Positions 18,481-27,900 of a stretch of DNA of 64,000 bases are shown in pieces. The stretch spans positions 64,001 to 128,000 of IMG/VR virus record IMGVR_UViG_3300049141_000098. One strand, written 5' to 3'. A program made the translations under genes and the position numbers. This DNA is from a virus (lineage: Duplodnaviria; Caudoviricetes). Under the pieces are notes generated by a model. It was not told where the DNA came from, did no database searches, and saw nothing but the letters and a program-made list of their open reading frames with translations. The stretch's first letter is position 1. Every line of letters begins with the position of its first letter.

Positions 18481-18558
18481 GACACCCCCGGTTAACCAGA
18501 GCGGCTACGGCATGTGTCCTTTTGCAGAAGAAGTAACCGTTGCCTTCACACCGGGTGC
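18481..18558 (-). ncRNA. minimal Y RNA 3 (no tRNA-like domain)
   Basis: CACCCGGT/ACCGGGGGTG stem with the same GGTGTG..GGTTACTTC and TGGTTAACC motifs; about 78 nt. Confidence 0.75.
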
Positions 18559-18574
18559 TAAGAAAAACACTACG

Positions 18575-18700
18575 GGAACCTGCGACAGGATCGCAACCTA
18601 TTTGGACAACGGGAGCGAAACTCCTCGAAGGAATGAGCCCGCAAGGAGCCGCCCAGCAATCCGTCCATCGTCGAGCAGGAAGCAATAGGGGCAGGTCGCG
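18575..18700. ncRNA. candidate structured RNA of unknown class
   Basis: Nested stems ACCTGC/GCAGGT, CCTATT/AATAGG and TGGAC..CGG/CCGTCCA, with inner hairpins GGAG-CGAAA-CTCC and CC-GCAA-GG. Confidence 0.4.
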
Positions 18701-18812
18701 ACACGTGGCGTCGCCGATGCCGGACGTCCTGCCAGAGGCGACATGTCGACTTTGATTCACTGGAAAACAGCGAAGGGGCCCCGAAGGGCCCCTCGTGTGC
18801 TGAAGGACTGGA

Positions 18813-18962
18813 TCAGCCCTTGTTGTTGCCGCCGTGCTGCGGAGAAGGCACCACCCCGTTGCCTCCGCAGGGCTTGCAGGGCGCGCTGTTGACATCGCCC
18901 GACGCCGGGTTCACGGTCTGGGTCTCTCCGGTGCCGTTACACGGCTTGTGCTGCTCAGCCAT
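18813..18962 (-). CDS. small DnaJ-type Zn-finger peptide
   Basis: 49 aa with PCNGTG and CKPCGGNG motifs; GGAGAG RBS. Confidence 0.55.
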   Translation of the reverse strand: MAEQHKPCNGTGETQTVNPASGDVNSAPCKPCGGNGVVPSPQHGGNNKG

Positions 18963-19149
18963 TGCTCTCCTCATACTCCATCTCGGCCTTCTGGGCGCGG
19001 TACGCGTCCAGCTCCTCCGAGGAGAGGAAGGTGTTGCCGTCCTCAATCGCGATGAAATCGCTCACCCTTCTCTCCCTTCCGTTTCATGCACACGCTTGCA
19101 AGTTCAGCGTCTGCATGGATTCACAGGTTTCTATTTCACCCTGCCGAAG

Positions 19150-19220
19150 AGCCCGCGACGGGAGTTGAACCCGCACCCCCACCTGCGATAAGTGGTGCGC
19201 TACCGTTACGCTACGCGGGC
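19150..19220 (-). tRNA. atypical tRNA (Arg-UCG-like, non-canonical anticodon loop)
   Basis: Acceptor GCCCGCG/CGCGGGC, D arm, T-loop TTCAACT; anticodon loop TATCGCA has A33 and C37; no CCA. Confidence 0.65.
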
Positions 19221-19385
19221 TCCCTCGCTCGAAAGCGAGGAAGTCGGGATCCGTGAAACGAGGGGGCCCATTCCCTCGTGCGCCTGTTCACGGAACCCTC
19301 TATAGATGGCATCGCCCGCCGCACCGTGTTAACCAGGTGAGCGGGCGAAGAAGCCAGGCCGGAAGCTGTATTGCGTTCGGCCTAG

Positions 19386-19459
19386 TTGGTGGAGGGGGCT
19401 TTGAACCCCCGACCTCGTCCTTATGAGGGACGCGCTCTGTCCGACTGAGCTATCCACCA
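19386..19459 (-). tRNA. tRNA with CAU anticodon (elongator Met or Ile2)
   Basis: Acceptor TGGTGGA/TCCACCA, anticodon arm CGTCC-CTCATAA-GGACG, T arm GGGGG-TTCAAAG-CCCCC, discriminator A, no CCA, no initiator GGG/CCC stem. Confidence 0.88.
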
Positions 19460-19561
19460 ACGTCGCGTCGGGCGGTTCAGAGGGCCAGCCCATCGTCGAC
19501 TTTTGCGCCAAGGAGGGTCTCGTCAACCTTGGTGCGGTAGTTCCGGAATCACCGGAACTAG

Positions 19562-19597
19562 TTAAAACTTTACGGCTACTGGATGGCCTAGGTCAAG
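19562..19597 (-). promoter_or_regulatory. promoter of tRNA cluster with operator overlapping -35
   Basis: TTGACC-18 bp-TAAAGT; GACCTAGGCCA overlaps the -35. Confidence 0.65.
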
Positions 19598-19645
19598 TGC
19601 CTGCGCTCAAATCCCTGGAGACACCCCTCCACCTTCACCTCACCG

Positions 19646-20947
19646 TCAGGCGACAAGCCGGAAGCGATCACCTTCTGCATGCAGCAGGCCCTCACGAGAG
19701 AACGAGCGGAGGAAGCGATCTGCCTGCACCCTTCCGCACCCCGTGTGGGACGTGAGGAGATCCGGCGTCCACAGGGCGCCGGGCTGGGACTGGAGAGCCT
19801 TGAGGGCGACGTCCCGAGGCCAGCGTCCACGGCCGTGGTCCGGGTAGGCCAGCAGTGGGACCATCTCGTTCGTCACGGTCCACGTGTGGATCAAGTTGCG
19901 GTTGTGGGTGTTGAGATAGCCGTATCCACGGAATCGCTTCCCTCGGGGGAGCTTGTGTGGTTCGACGCCGGACCCGTTGCCCAGGACGACGGTGGTGTTC
20001 TCGCTGCCGTTGACGCGGAGGCAGAAGCGGTAGTCGAAGTTGGCTCGAATCTCAGACGTGATGCCCTTGCCGTCGCCGGACACGAGTGGATTCTGCGTCA
20101 TCCACATGATGATCACTTCACGCGTGCGCCCCTGCGACGACAGCTCTCGCAGCTTCTGCATGACGGACTTCTCCGGCCCATCCAAAGCCTCGTCGGCATC
20201 CTGGAACTTGCGCCTATTGCGTGCCTTGTCATGGTTCTCCACTGCGGAGAGGACCACCTGCCCCTCGTCGATCACATACAGAAGCCGAGGTCCGAGTTCC
20301 GGTGTCCACATGCCCAAGTGCTCCTTCTCCAGGATCACCCGCCTGCGGTCCATCTCCTCCCAGGCGCTCTCGATGCCTTCAACGATCGACTCGTCAGAAA
20401 CGAAGGTAGGACATACTCCACGCCAGATCGTGGACTCTTCTCCCTTGCCGTCGAGAAACCCTGCCAGCCTCTCGTCCGGATGCACGACCGCCCGAGCCAT
20501 CAGCGACCGGGTGGACCAGCTCTTGCCGGACCCGGAAGTTCCGCCGACCAGCAAACGCTCATGCCGTGGGACGTCGACCTCCTCGCCCGTGACCGTATCC
20601 CTGCCCAGCGTGGTGATGTCCGGATGCCAGAGCATGTCCAGCTCGTCGGTGATGTACCGCGTACGCACCGAGAAGAGAACTTTGGCAGCACGCCCCCCTG
20701 GGGTGAGGTCGGTCAGGTCGTGGTCGTAGACATCGAGCATGGTTCGCAGGACTGCGTGCTTCTTCTCCAGATCCTCCAGAGCCCACTGGCCATCCAGGGT
20801 CAGTTCCGCGACCACGCCGGATTCGGTAAGTTCAGCGCTCGCAAGCTTCGTGTCGACGATCCTGCGTCGCCCGCACTGCCGGTCCCACCAGTCGGTGTCT
20901 CGCAGCAGGTCAAGCAGGCGCTGCTCTTCGTCAGTTGGCACCAGCAT
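19646..20947 (-). CDS. FtsK/TraB-like P-loop ATPase with C-terminal wHTH
   Basis: VGGTSGSGKS, YVIDEGQ, SQGRTREV.IMWMTQNP and IRANFDYRFCLRV; no N-terminal TM seen. Confidence 0.85.
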   Translation of the reverse strand: MLVPTDEEQRLLDLLRDTDWWDRQCGRRRIVDTKLASAELTESGVVAELTLDGQWALEDLEKKHAVLRTMLDVYDHDLTDLTPGGRAAKVLFSVRTRYITDELDMLWHPDITTLGRDTVTGEEVDVPRHERLLVGGTSGSGKSWSTRSLMARAVVHPDERLAGFLDGKGEESTIWRGVCPTFVSDESIVEGIESAWEEMDRRRVILEKEHLGMWTPELGPRLLYVIDEGQVVLSAVENHDKARNRRKFQDADEALDGPEKSVMQKLRELSSQGRTREVIIMWMTQNPLVSGDGKGITSEIRANFDYRFCLRVNGSENTTVVLGNGSGVEPHKLPRGKRFRGYGYLNTHNRNLIHTWTVTNEMVPLLAYPDHGRGRWPRDVALKALQSQPGALWTPDLLTSHTGCGRVQADRFLRSFSREGLLHAEGDRFRLVA

Positions 20948-21352
20948 TGCGCGTCCCAACGTGCAGATCGAAGAGGGGATTCAGGTCGAGAGGAAACAGC
21001 GCTCCGTCACTGAAACTGACGTAGATCTTGGTCGCCGGAACGGCAGAGCAGATCCGCCCAGCCTCCTCCAGGGAGATCGGGTACCTCTCGTCCACGTCTG
21101 GGCGCCCCAAGCCCCACACGGCGAGCAGTTCGCGAGGGCCCGGTGAGCCGAGTTCGACCCAGGCATTGTGCGGAGAGGTGGACAAGACGCAGTCCCCACC
21201 GAGGGGGTCAGCGCTCAGAGTTCTGCCATTGCGGCGCACGGGTGCTGCGTAGTACCGGTACATCCGGACTCCCTCCTTCTCTCACTCTTTGGGGGTACAC
21301 AAAAGGCCGGACCCGGGGTGGGGGACCCGGGACCGGCCTGCTCGTGTGGCGG

Positions 21353-21829
21353 TCAGGCCGCCGTGGTGGCCGCGCTGCCGTAGCTGACGGAACGCTCGTC
21401 GGAGCCGTCCGTGTCCGACTCGTCGTCATCCTCGATCTCGACCTCCATGAGGTCGTCGGCCGTCTCGGCGGCGTCCAGCTCGGCGATCATCGAACGGACG
21501 TCATCCTCGGAGAGGCTGGTCTCCGCCACCTTGACGACGGGGAACGGGTCGACGCCCGCCAGGCGGGCCTTCTCGACGAGCGGCTTGATGACGTTGTCGC
21601 GGTACGAGTTCTTCAGGGAGACCGCCCAGGTCTCGCCGTTCTGGACCGCCTTCTCGAAGGCGACCTCGGTGGGCTTGACCAGGTCCTCGTCCTTGACGCT
21701 GCGGCCCGGGTTGTCGAGGGCGACGCTCATCTGGAGCAGGACGAACTGCTGGATGTCGGCGTCGGCGGCACCGACGAAGCGGGTCTTGGCGTTCTTCACC
21801 AGGGAGCGGGAGGTCTGCGCGAGGGACAC
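21353..21829 (-). CDS. hypothetical protein with acidic C-terminus
   Basis: Strongly biased C/G-ending codons, GGAAAAG RBS, D/E-rich tail. Confidence 0.7.
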   Translation of the reverse strand: MSLAQTSRSLVKNAKTRFVGAADADIQQFVLLQMSVALDNPGRSVKDEDLVKPTEVAFEKAVQNGETWAVSLKNSYRDNVIKPLVEKARLAGVDPFPVVKVAETSLSEDDVRSMIAELDAAETADDLMEVEIEDDDESDTDGSDERSVSYGSAATTAA

Positions 21830-21909
21830 GATTCTTTTCCTTTCCGTCAACAGCTTTCAGAATGCTCGCTGTTCGATGAGAACAGCATAGCATCTTTTGG
21901 CCTGGGCCA

Positions 21910-22269
21910 CTACTTCCCCCCGTCACCCTTCGGCAGTTTCCTGATGGTCGCCTGTGTCGGATCCGACGAGTTCGCGAACCCGTTCAGGCGAGGGGAGGCG
22001 TTGAACTTCACCGCCTTGCGCGGCGGCACGTCGATGGCTTCCCCGGTGTGCGGATTCCGGGCCCGGCGCCCCCGCTTCTCGATGAGTTCCACGCTGCCGA
22101 AATTCGTGATGGACACAGAGCCGCCCGTGGCGACGGTGCGGGCCATGATCTCGAAAACGTTCTCCACCGCCTCGTAGGCCACGGTTCGAGCCAGGCCCAT
22201 GCGCTCCGCCAGGCAGTCCGCCAGTTTCACCTTGTTCAGGCTCGGCGGGGGGGTTTCGGTCTTCGCCAC
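21910..22269 (-). CDS. hup: HU/IHF-family DNA-binding protein
   Basis: LNKVKLADCLAE, VSITNFGSVE and RRARNPHTGEAIDVPPRKAVKFNAS. Confidence 0.92.
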   Translation of the reverse strand: MAKTETPPPSLNKVKLADCLAERMGLARTVAYEAVENVFEIMARTVATGGSVSITNFGSVELIEKRGRRARNPHTGEAIDVPPRKAVKFNASPRLNGFANSSDPTQATIRKLPKGDGGK

Positions 22270-22729
22270 GTGTGGCTCCTCTCCTCAACTATGGCTATCT
22301 TAACAGCTGTTGTTCGTCAACTTCCCCAAAGGGTGACGTTTGGTGACGGTCACGCTGAGTTCAGGAAGAACAAGGCTACGTCCGGCCCCAGTTCAGCATT
22401 GCACTAATCCTGATAAAAATCAGGCCACAAAGAAAGAGGCCCGGCGAAACCGGGCCCCTCTGTCGTGTACGAGTGATGCTTGAACCCTCAGCGAGGCAGC
22501 CTCGGGATCCGGAACTTGTGGCTTCGCGCTCTCTCGACGGACTCCTCGCTGCGCGGGACCGCCGTCTCCTGCGGTCGCGACGGATCGAAGTTGCGCAGCG
22601 CCTCCTCGGTACTCCCGGATGCAGGCGTCGACTTACTGGCCGAGCGACGACTCTTCGACTTGGCCGCATCGCTCGCCGACGGACCCTTCCAGCCCTTCTC
22701 CCGAAGCCGTGCAGCCTTCTCGTGGTCGT

Positions 22730-23113
22730 TCACTTCTGGCTTCCCCTCTCGATGTTCAGTGGCAGTGAGGCCGACAGGACGGTCTTCTCGGTCAGGTCTC
22801 CAGCCGCGAAGGGCCGCTGGAGGCTGTAGAGGATGGCGTGACTGGCGGATCGAACGGCCCCGGAGGGAACCTCCAGGGCTCCGATGACGTACAGGGATCC
22901 GGTGATGAGCGTGATGTTGGCGTCCTCGACGGTCACGGATCCGTCGATGAGCGGCGGGACCTTGCCATCCGGGTACGTCGTGAACTCGGCGCCCTGCTTG
23001 AGGAGGATGTCTTCGACCTCCCTGCGCCCGTCCAGGTCCGGATGATGCAGGAAGACCCCGAGCCGGGATCCGTCATCGGAGAGGCTGGTGGTCAGGTCGA
23101 CTTCTTCGCTCAC
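22730..23113 (-). CDS. hypothetical protein
   Basis: 127 aa in a coupled run of small leftward genes (22488-23758). Confidence 0.55.
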   Translation of the reverse strand: MSEEVDLTTSLSDDGSRLGVFLHHPDLDGRREVEDILLKQGAEFTTYPDGKVPPLIDGSVTVEDANITLITGSLYVIGALEVPSGAVRSASHAILYSLQRPFAAGDLTEKTVLSASLPLNIERGSQK

Positions 23114-23491
23114 TGGGCGCCCGCCATGTTGTCGCGGTCGAGCACTGCACCCTCGGCGAGGCGATAGCCCCCGAGCAGCGTCAGTGCGGCAGCCAGCGTG
23201 AGACACGCCCAAGCCCGAGTCTTCTTCACGTTTGCTTCTCCTTCCGTCTCGTTTTGTGGCGTTTCAGGAACCGCTCCATGGCGGTGCGTAGCACCAATGC
23301 GGCAGCAAGAAGTGCCAGGTGAAAGAAGTGGACCTGGGTCGCGATAACGACCCAGGTCCACATCGACATCACCGCCGTTGCCGCCAGCAGATGGGTGGCG
23401 ACAGCTCTCACGGAGCCCCTCGCTTATTCCCGGGCTCACCTCCGGCCGAGATCGTCACGTACGGCGGGAGGTTTTGAACCGGGGAGCTGTA

Positions 23492-23758
23492 TCAGACGGT
23501 CGCCAACTGGGGCTTGTCGTCCCGGGCGAGTAGCGCCGTGACTTCCTCGGCCCAGGGCTGGCGCCGCTTGACGGCCCTCTTGAGGCGGTTGTTCAGAGCC
23601 CTGAGCATGAGGGAGTCGTTGTAGGAGTACTGTCCGGCGACTTCCTTCACCAGGTCCGCGAAGTTCGCGGCGGCCTCGGGTGAGAGGTGGAGGGACAGGA
23701 CTGTCGCCGCATCGCTGAAGCCCATGGGCTTGCTCTTCTTGTGTCGGCCGTTATGCAC
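23492..23758 (-). CDS. hypothetical protein
   Basis: 88 aa after an AAAGGAG RBS. Confidence 0.55.
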   Translation of the reverse strand: MHNGRHKKSKPMGFSDAATVLSLHLSPEAAANFADLVKEVAGQYSYNDSLMLRALNNRLKRAVKRRQPWAEEVTALLARDDKPQLATV

Positions 23759-23817
23759 CCTTTGATCTCCTTTCCGAGGCCGCCATCCCTGGCGACACGG
23801 ACTACTCTTCCATGAAT

Positions 23818-23838
23818 GGCCTAGGCCGTCAAGTAGCC
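23818..23838. promoter_or_regulatory. GGCCTAGGCC site between divergent genes
   Basis: Plus strand reads GGCCTAGGCC-N5/6-TAGCCT; minus strand has TTGACG overlapping the motif. Confidence 0.55.
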
Positions 23839-23910
23839 TGTAGAAAGGTAGACTTGAGCAGCGGCATCAGGGGGGTTTCTGCCGCCTGGAACCCAACCTC
23901 AGGAGAACTC

Positions 23911-24294
23911 ATGAAGACCCTGTCCGGAGCCCTCGCCGCCGACGGCGTGACGCTCGCCCAGTTCATCTCCGAGGTTCACGGAGACACCCGCACCTTCCAT
24001 GGAACCTTCCACTTCGAGGGCCGCACCCTGGAGCACGTCTGGACGCAACACGTCGACAACGAAGATCTACACCCCTCTGCCGCCAGCGTCCTGGGTCCTG
24101 CCATCCGCTTCTCGCAGACTGCCGAGGCCGCCGACAGCTACGAAGACTGGGCCGGTGACTTCTCCTTCAACCCCGAGGAGTGGATGCCCCGGGAGACCTA
24201 CCTGGAGTGGCTGGCCATCGCGAAGAGGCTGCGTGCTTTCCTCGGCGACGAGCGGTACGAGGGATATAACCCCGACCTGGTGGAGCATGACTGA
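23911..24294 (+). CDS. hypothetical protein
   Basis: AGGAG RBS, 127 aa. Confidence 0.65.
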   Translation: MKTLSGALAADGVTLAQFISEVHGDTRTFHGTFHFEGRTLEHVWTQHVDNEDLHPSAASVLGPAIRFSQTAEAADSYEDWAGDFSFNPEEWMPRETYLEWLAIAKRLRAFLGDERYEGYNPDLVEHD

Positions 24295-24357
24295 CGATCC
24301 TGTACGGGTGGATCCGCAGGGCCGGAAGGACTTTTCGCAGGATGCGAAGGGAGGGAA

Positions 24358-24795
24358 GTGGAGCACACCGAAGTTCCGTCGACGTCTCTGCATGCCCGTC
24401 TGCGGCGCAGGGGCCTCAGGCGCCGCAGGCCTTCGTTCACCTTGGTGCCTGATTGGGTGATGCTCTGTGAGCGCATCAACCCCACCGCCTTCCGCCTCTG
24501 GTGCATCTTGCGGTCGATGCAGTTCGAGGAGGGCCCCGGCATACCACCACTGACTCTGGATCAGGTCTGCTGGCTACTGCCTGGGGTCAACGGCAAACCC
24601 ACCTCGAAGACGCGGGCCAGGGAAGCCCTGGATGCCCTGCTCGCCGAAGGGTTGCTGAGGGATGTCAGCGTCGAGGATACGAGTCGCGCCGGTGCCAGGA
24701 CCTATCTCACCGTGGATGCCCCGCAGAGGGCGATGGGCTGGTCCGGGGCTCGCCGGAAGCTGAGTGGCTACCTCAAGGCCTGGCGCACGAAATAG
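24358..24795 (+). CDS. wHTH protein of replication-initiator N-domain type
   Basis: FTLVPDWVML..INPTAFRLWCIL..AREALDALLAEGLL; paralogous to 41286 and 41748. Confidence 0.65.
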   Translation: MEHTEVPSTSLHARLRRRGLRRRRPSFTLVPDWVMLCERINPTAFRLWCILRSMQFEEGPGIPPLTLDQVCWLLPGVNGKPTSKTRAREALDALLAEGLLRDVSVEDTSRAGARTYLTVDAPQRAMGWSGARRKLSGYLKAWRTK

Positions 24796-24976
24796 GAACG
24801 GCCGCCTTCGATAGGGGGAGGAAGGCGGCCGTTCCGAGCGCGAGCACCGTGGGGGTTGGTGCTCTCATCCCCGGCTCCAGGAGACTTACGAAAAGAGTAC
24901 GGCAGACTCGTCCTCTTTTGGGGAGGATTCGAGTAACAAAAATGCCTTCGGGGATAACCCGTTTCGTGCAGGATCC

Positions 24977-27900
24977 TCAGAAGTACGTAGTGATGATCGC
25001 GATCCCGTTGCCGCCATTGCCCCCCGCCCCCGAGGTGTTGCCGTTGGCTGCGGCCCCTCCGCCGCCGCCTCCGCCGCCGTAAAGGGCACCGTTTGCGCCT
25101 GCCTGCGCGGCTGCCGTGGTGGAACCCGCTCCGCCGCCTCCGCCGCCGCCGGAGGCCCCTGAACCAGCCGTTGCATCAGCAGGGGCTGTGGGGTTGGCGC
25201 CACCGACTACGCCTGCCGCACCGGACTGGTTGGCCACGTTGCCGCCGCCTGCACCGCCGTTCGATGCGGCGTTACCGGAGGTGATTCCTCCGCCAGCACC
25301 TCCACTTCCGCCCGGGAGGACGCCCGGGTTTCCGGCAGCTCCGGCCCCACCTGTCGTCGAAGCATTGCCTCCGGACGGTCCCGTGGAGGTGCCGACGCCG
25401 CCGCCGCCGCCCGCCCCCGCCGTTGCGGTACCGGCTGCGCCTCCGTTGCTCTGCCCCGTGCGGGCGTAAGAGCCGAAGCTGCTCGCACCTCCTACGCCGC
25501 CCGCAGCACCGTCGGTGTCGTCGGTCGCTCGGGCAGCTCCACCCGCTCCACCGGTGCCGACGGTCACAGCGACGGTGGCCGTGAGCAACGAGGCCTGGAT
25601 CTGAGCCTGGAACGCGCCACCACCTGCCCCTCCTCCGCCGCCGCAGCGCACGGTTCCTGCCGCCCCTCGGCGACCTGAGCCGCCGCCCCCACCACCCGAG
25701 ATCAGATGCACGAGAACCATGGTGGCCCCTGCGGGCTTGGTCCAGGTACCGGACGCGGTGAAGACCTGCACGTCTGGGGTTCGCGAGAGCGGGCCTACCC
25801 TGCCGTCGGCCTGGCGTGCCTTCAGAATGCCGCCTTCGGAGTAGAGGATCACCCCGGCGGTGGGATTGGTGGTCGGGGCGGTTGCCACGTCCTTCATGCT
25901 GATCACGGCCCCGGAGGAACCGCCGAGATCGGCGGACGTCGTCCCGAGCTGGATGGGTGAAGTGAAGAAGGCGATCGCACGGTGGACAGAGGAGCCGTTG
26001 GCCACGACCTCAAAGCGAGGGTTGCCTGCGGAGTCCTGAAGCATGAGGAGCTGCTGCGCAATGGCGGAGTTCGCTTTGACGAACAAGCCAACGGTGCCGT
26101 CGTCGTTCTGGACTATCTCCAGTTTGCCGTTGGGGTTCCCAGCGATAGGTGTGCCCAGGCCCAGGCGCCCGTTGGCACGCAGGACGAGGTCTTCCCGGCC
26201 GGGGTTGTTGCGGAAGACCGCGAGGCTTCCCGTGGTGGGGGTGCCGGTGGCCGTGACGAAGAGCCCCTGGGCGGCCGTGCCCAGTTCGCTTCCATCGGGC
26301 GCCTTCGAGGACAGATCGAGCGACAGGATCGCCGCAGCCCCGTCACCCGTGGCAGTACCGCTGCCGTTGATGTGGGAGATCTTCAGCGTGCCGCGATCTT
26401 TCTCCCGGCCGCTGATCTGAACGGCCGACATGCCCGGGTTGTCACTGATCGCGTTGATCGCGCTGTTGGTCGTGCCGGAGGTGGCCGCCATGTAGGCAGT
26501 GAGCGCATGGGCGCCGCTCGTCGCCGTCGACTTGGCGAACAGGGCCTGGATGCCCGCCACGTCCACGCGCAGTTGCCCGGTGAGGGTGGCGCCTGCGGTG
26601 GTCACGACCGGATCTCCGGCGGCCCCTCCTCCCTTGTTACTGCGTACGAGAGTGCCGGGTGCGTTCAGATCCAGGGCGCCGACGGCGAGGGATCCCTTGG
26701 TGATGAGGATGTTCCCGATGATGGAGTTGTCGCCGGAGCCGCCGATGGATTCCTCGCGGATCAGGGACCGTGCCGCTCCGACCGCCGTGGCCGAGGCGAT
26801 CGAGTTGGCCTCGATGAGGTTGCCGGTGGCCGCCCATTCCAAGTGGATGCCGGAGTAGGCACCTGCCGTGCCGATCTCGCCGACCCCAAAGATGGTGTTG
26901 CTGGTGATGACGCAGTTGCTGGCCGCGATGAACACGGCGTCACCGCCGACACCGTCGAAGTTGCAGGAGCTGATCTTCGTGGCCGAGCAGTCCTGGATGC
27001 GGACGGCGGGCATCGAGTTTCCGCCGTTGACGAAGTTGCAGCCCAAGACAGTCTGCGTCCCGGCCTGGTCATAGATGCCTGCGCCCTGGGCGGTTGCTCC
27101 GCCGAGGTACTGAAAGTCGCAGGAGATGATGAAGTTCTCGTCGTTGCTCTGCGTTCGGATGCCCCGGCCTGCACCTGGGCTGGTCATCGCGTTGTCGAAG
27201 AGGCACTGGAGAACGTGGTTGTTGTGGCCGAAAGCGTTGTCGGCCTGAGGGCCGAGGTAGAGGCCGGTGTCGTAGCAGGCGGTCAGGTGCAGGTGGTTGA
27301 AGACGCACTCGACGGCGCCCGGGGCCCAGATGCCGCCGCCTGCGGTCTGGTGAGTGTGGTTGCCGTCGATGGTGAAGTCGGAGAACAGGGCGCGGGTCTC
27401 ACCGGGTCCGGCAAAGGTGATGGCGTAGACGTTTGCGTTGTCGGCGACCTTCAATACGGTGCCCCACCCCGAACCCACCAGGCCTAGGCCGACGCCATTG
27501 GGTATGGAGAGAGTGGCCCCCAGGTTGAAGGTGCCGTCGAGCAGGCGGACCTTGCCCTTGCCGGGGGCCGCGTTCACCTCGTCGATGGCCGACTGGATCA
27601 CGAGATGGTCGTTCGTCCCTGTGCAGACCAGGTCGGCGTTGCGGCTGGAGCGTGAGTCCGAGGCGGCGATCACGATCTCGGAGGTGGGCGCCTGGGTGCG
27701 GGTGAGCGTCGCCGTGGTGCCGGTGGCGTAGGTGACGTTCGCGCCGAGCTTCAGGGTCTCGTTGGCCCCGGCGTCATGCAGGGCTTCGGTGGCCGCGTGC
27801 AGATAGGCGTTGTCGATCTGCACGTGATCGCAGTTGTTGAAGCTGCCACCGCAGTCCGGGGAGTTCACCGCCGTACCGTCGTCGTCGACTCCGGGGAAGT

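Noticed and set aside
19300-19385. Possible HDV-like (theta) ribozyme after tRNA(CAU)
   Set aside because: Only simple hairpins; no nested P1/P2/P3 pseudoknot order.
24977-25700. Gly/Ala-rich GGCGGC repeats resembling PE-PGRS or a DNA repeat element
   Set aside because: Explained by the coding Gly-rich C-terminus of the tail protein.
25982-27487. Long opposite-strand ORFs (also 19679-21013, 31322-32545, 41898-42977, 60150-61412)
   Set aside because: Antisense shadows of recognisable GC-rich genes, with no motifs or RBS.
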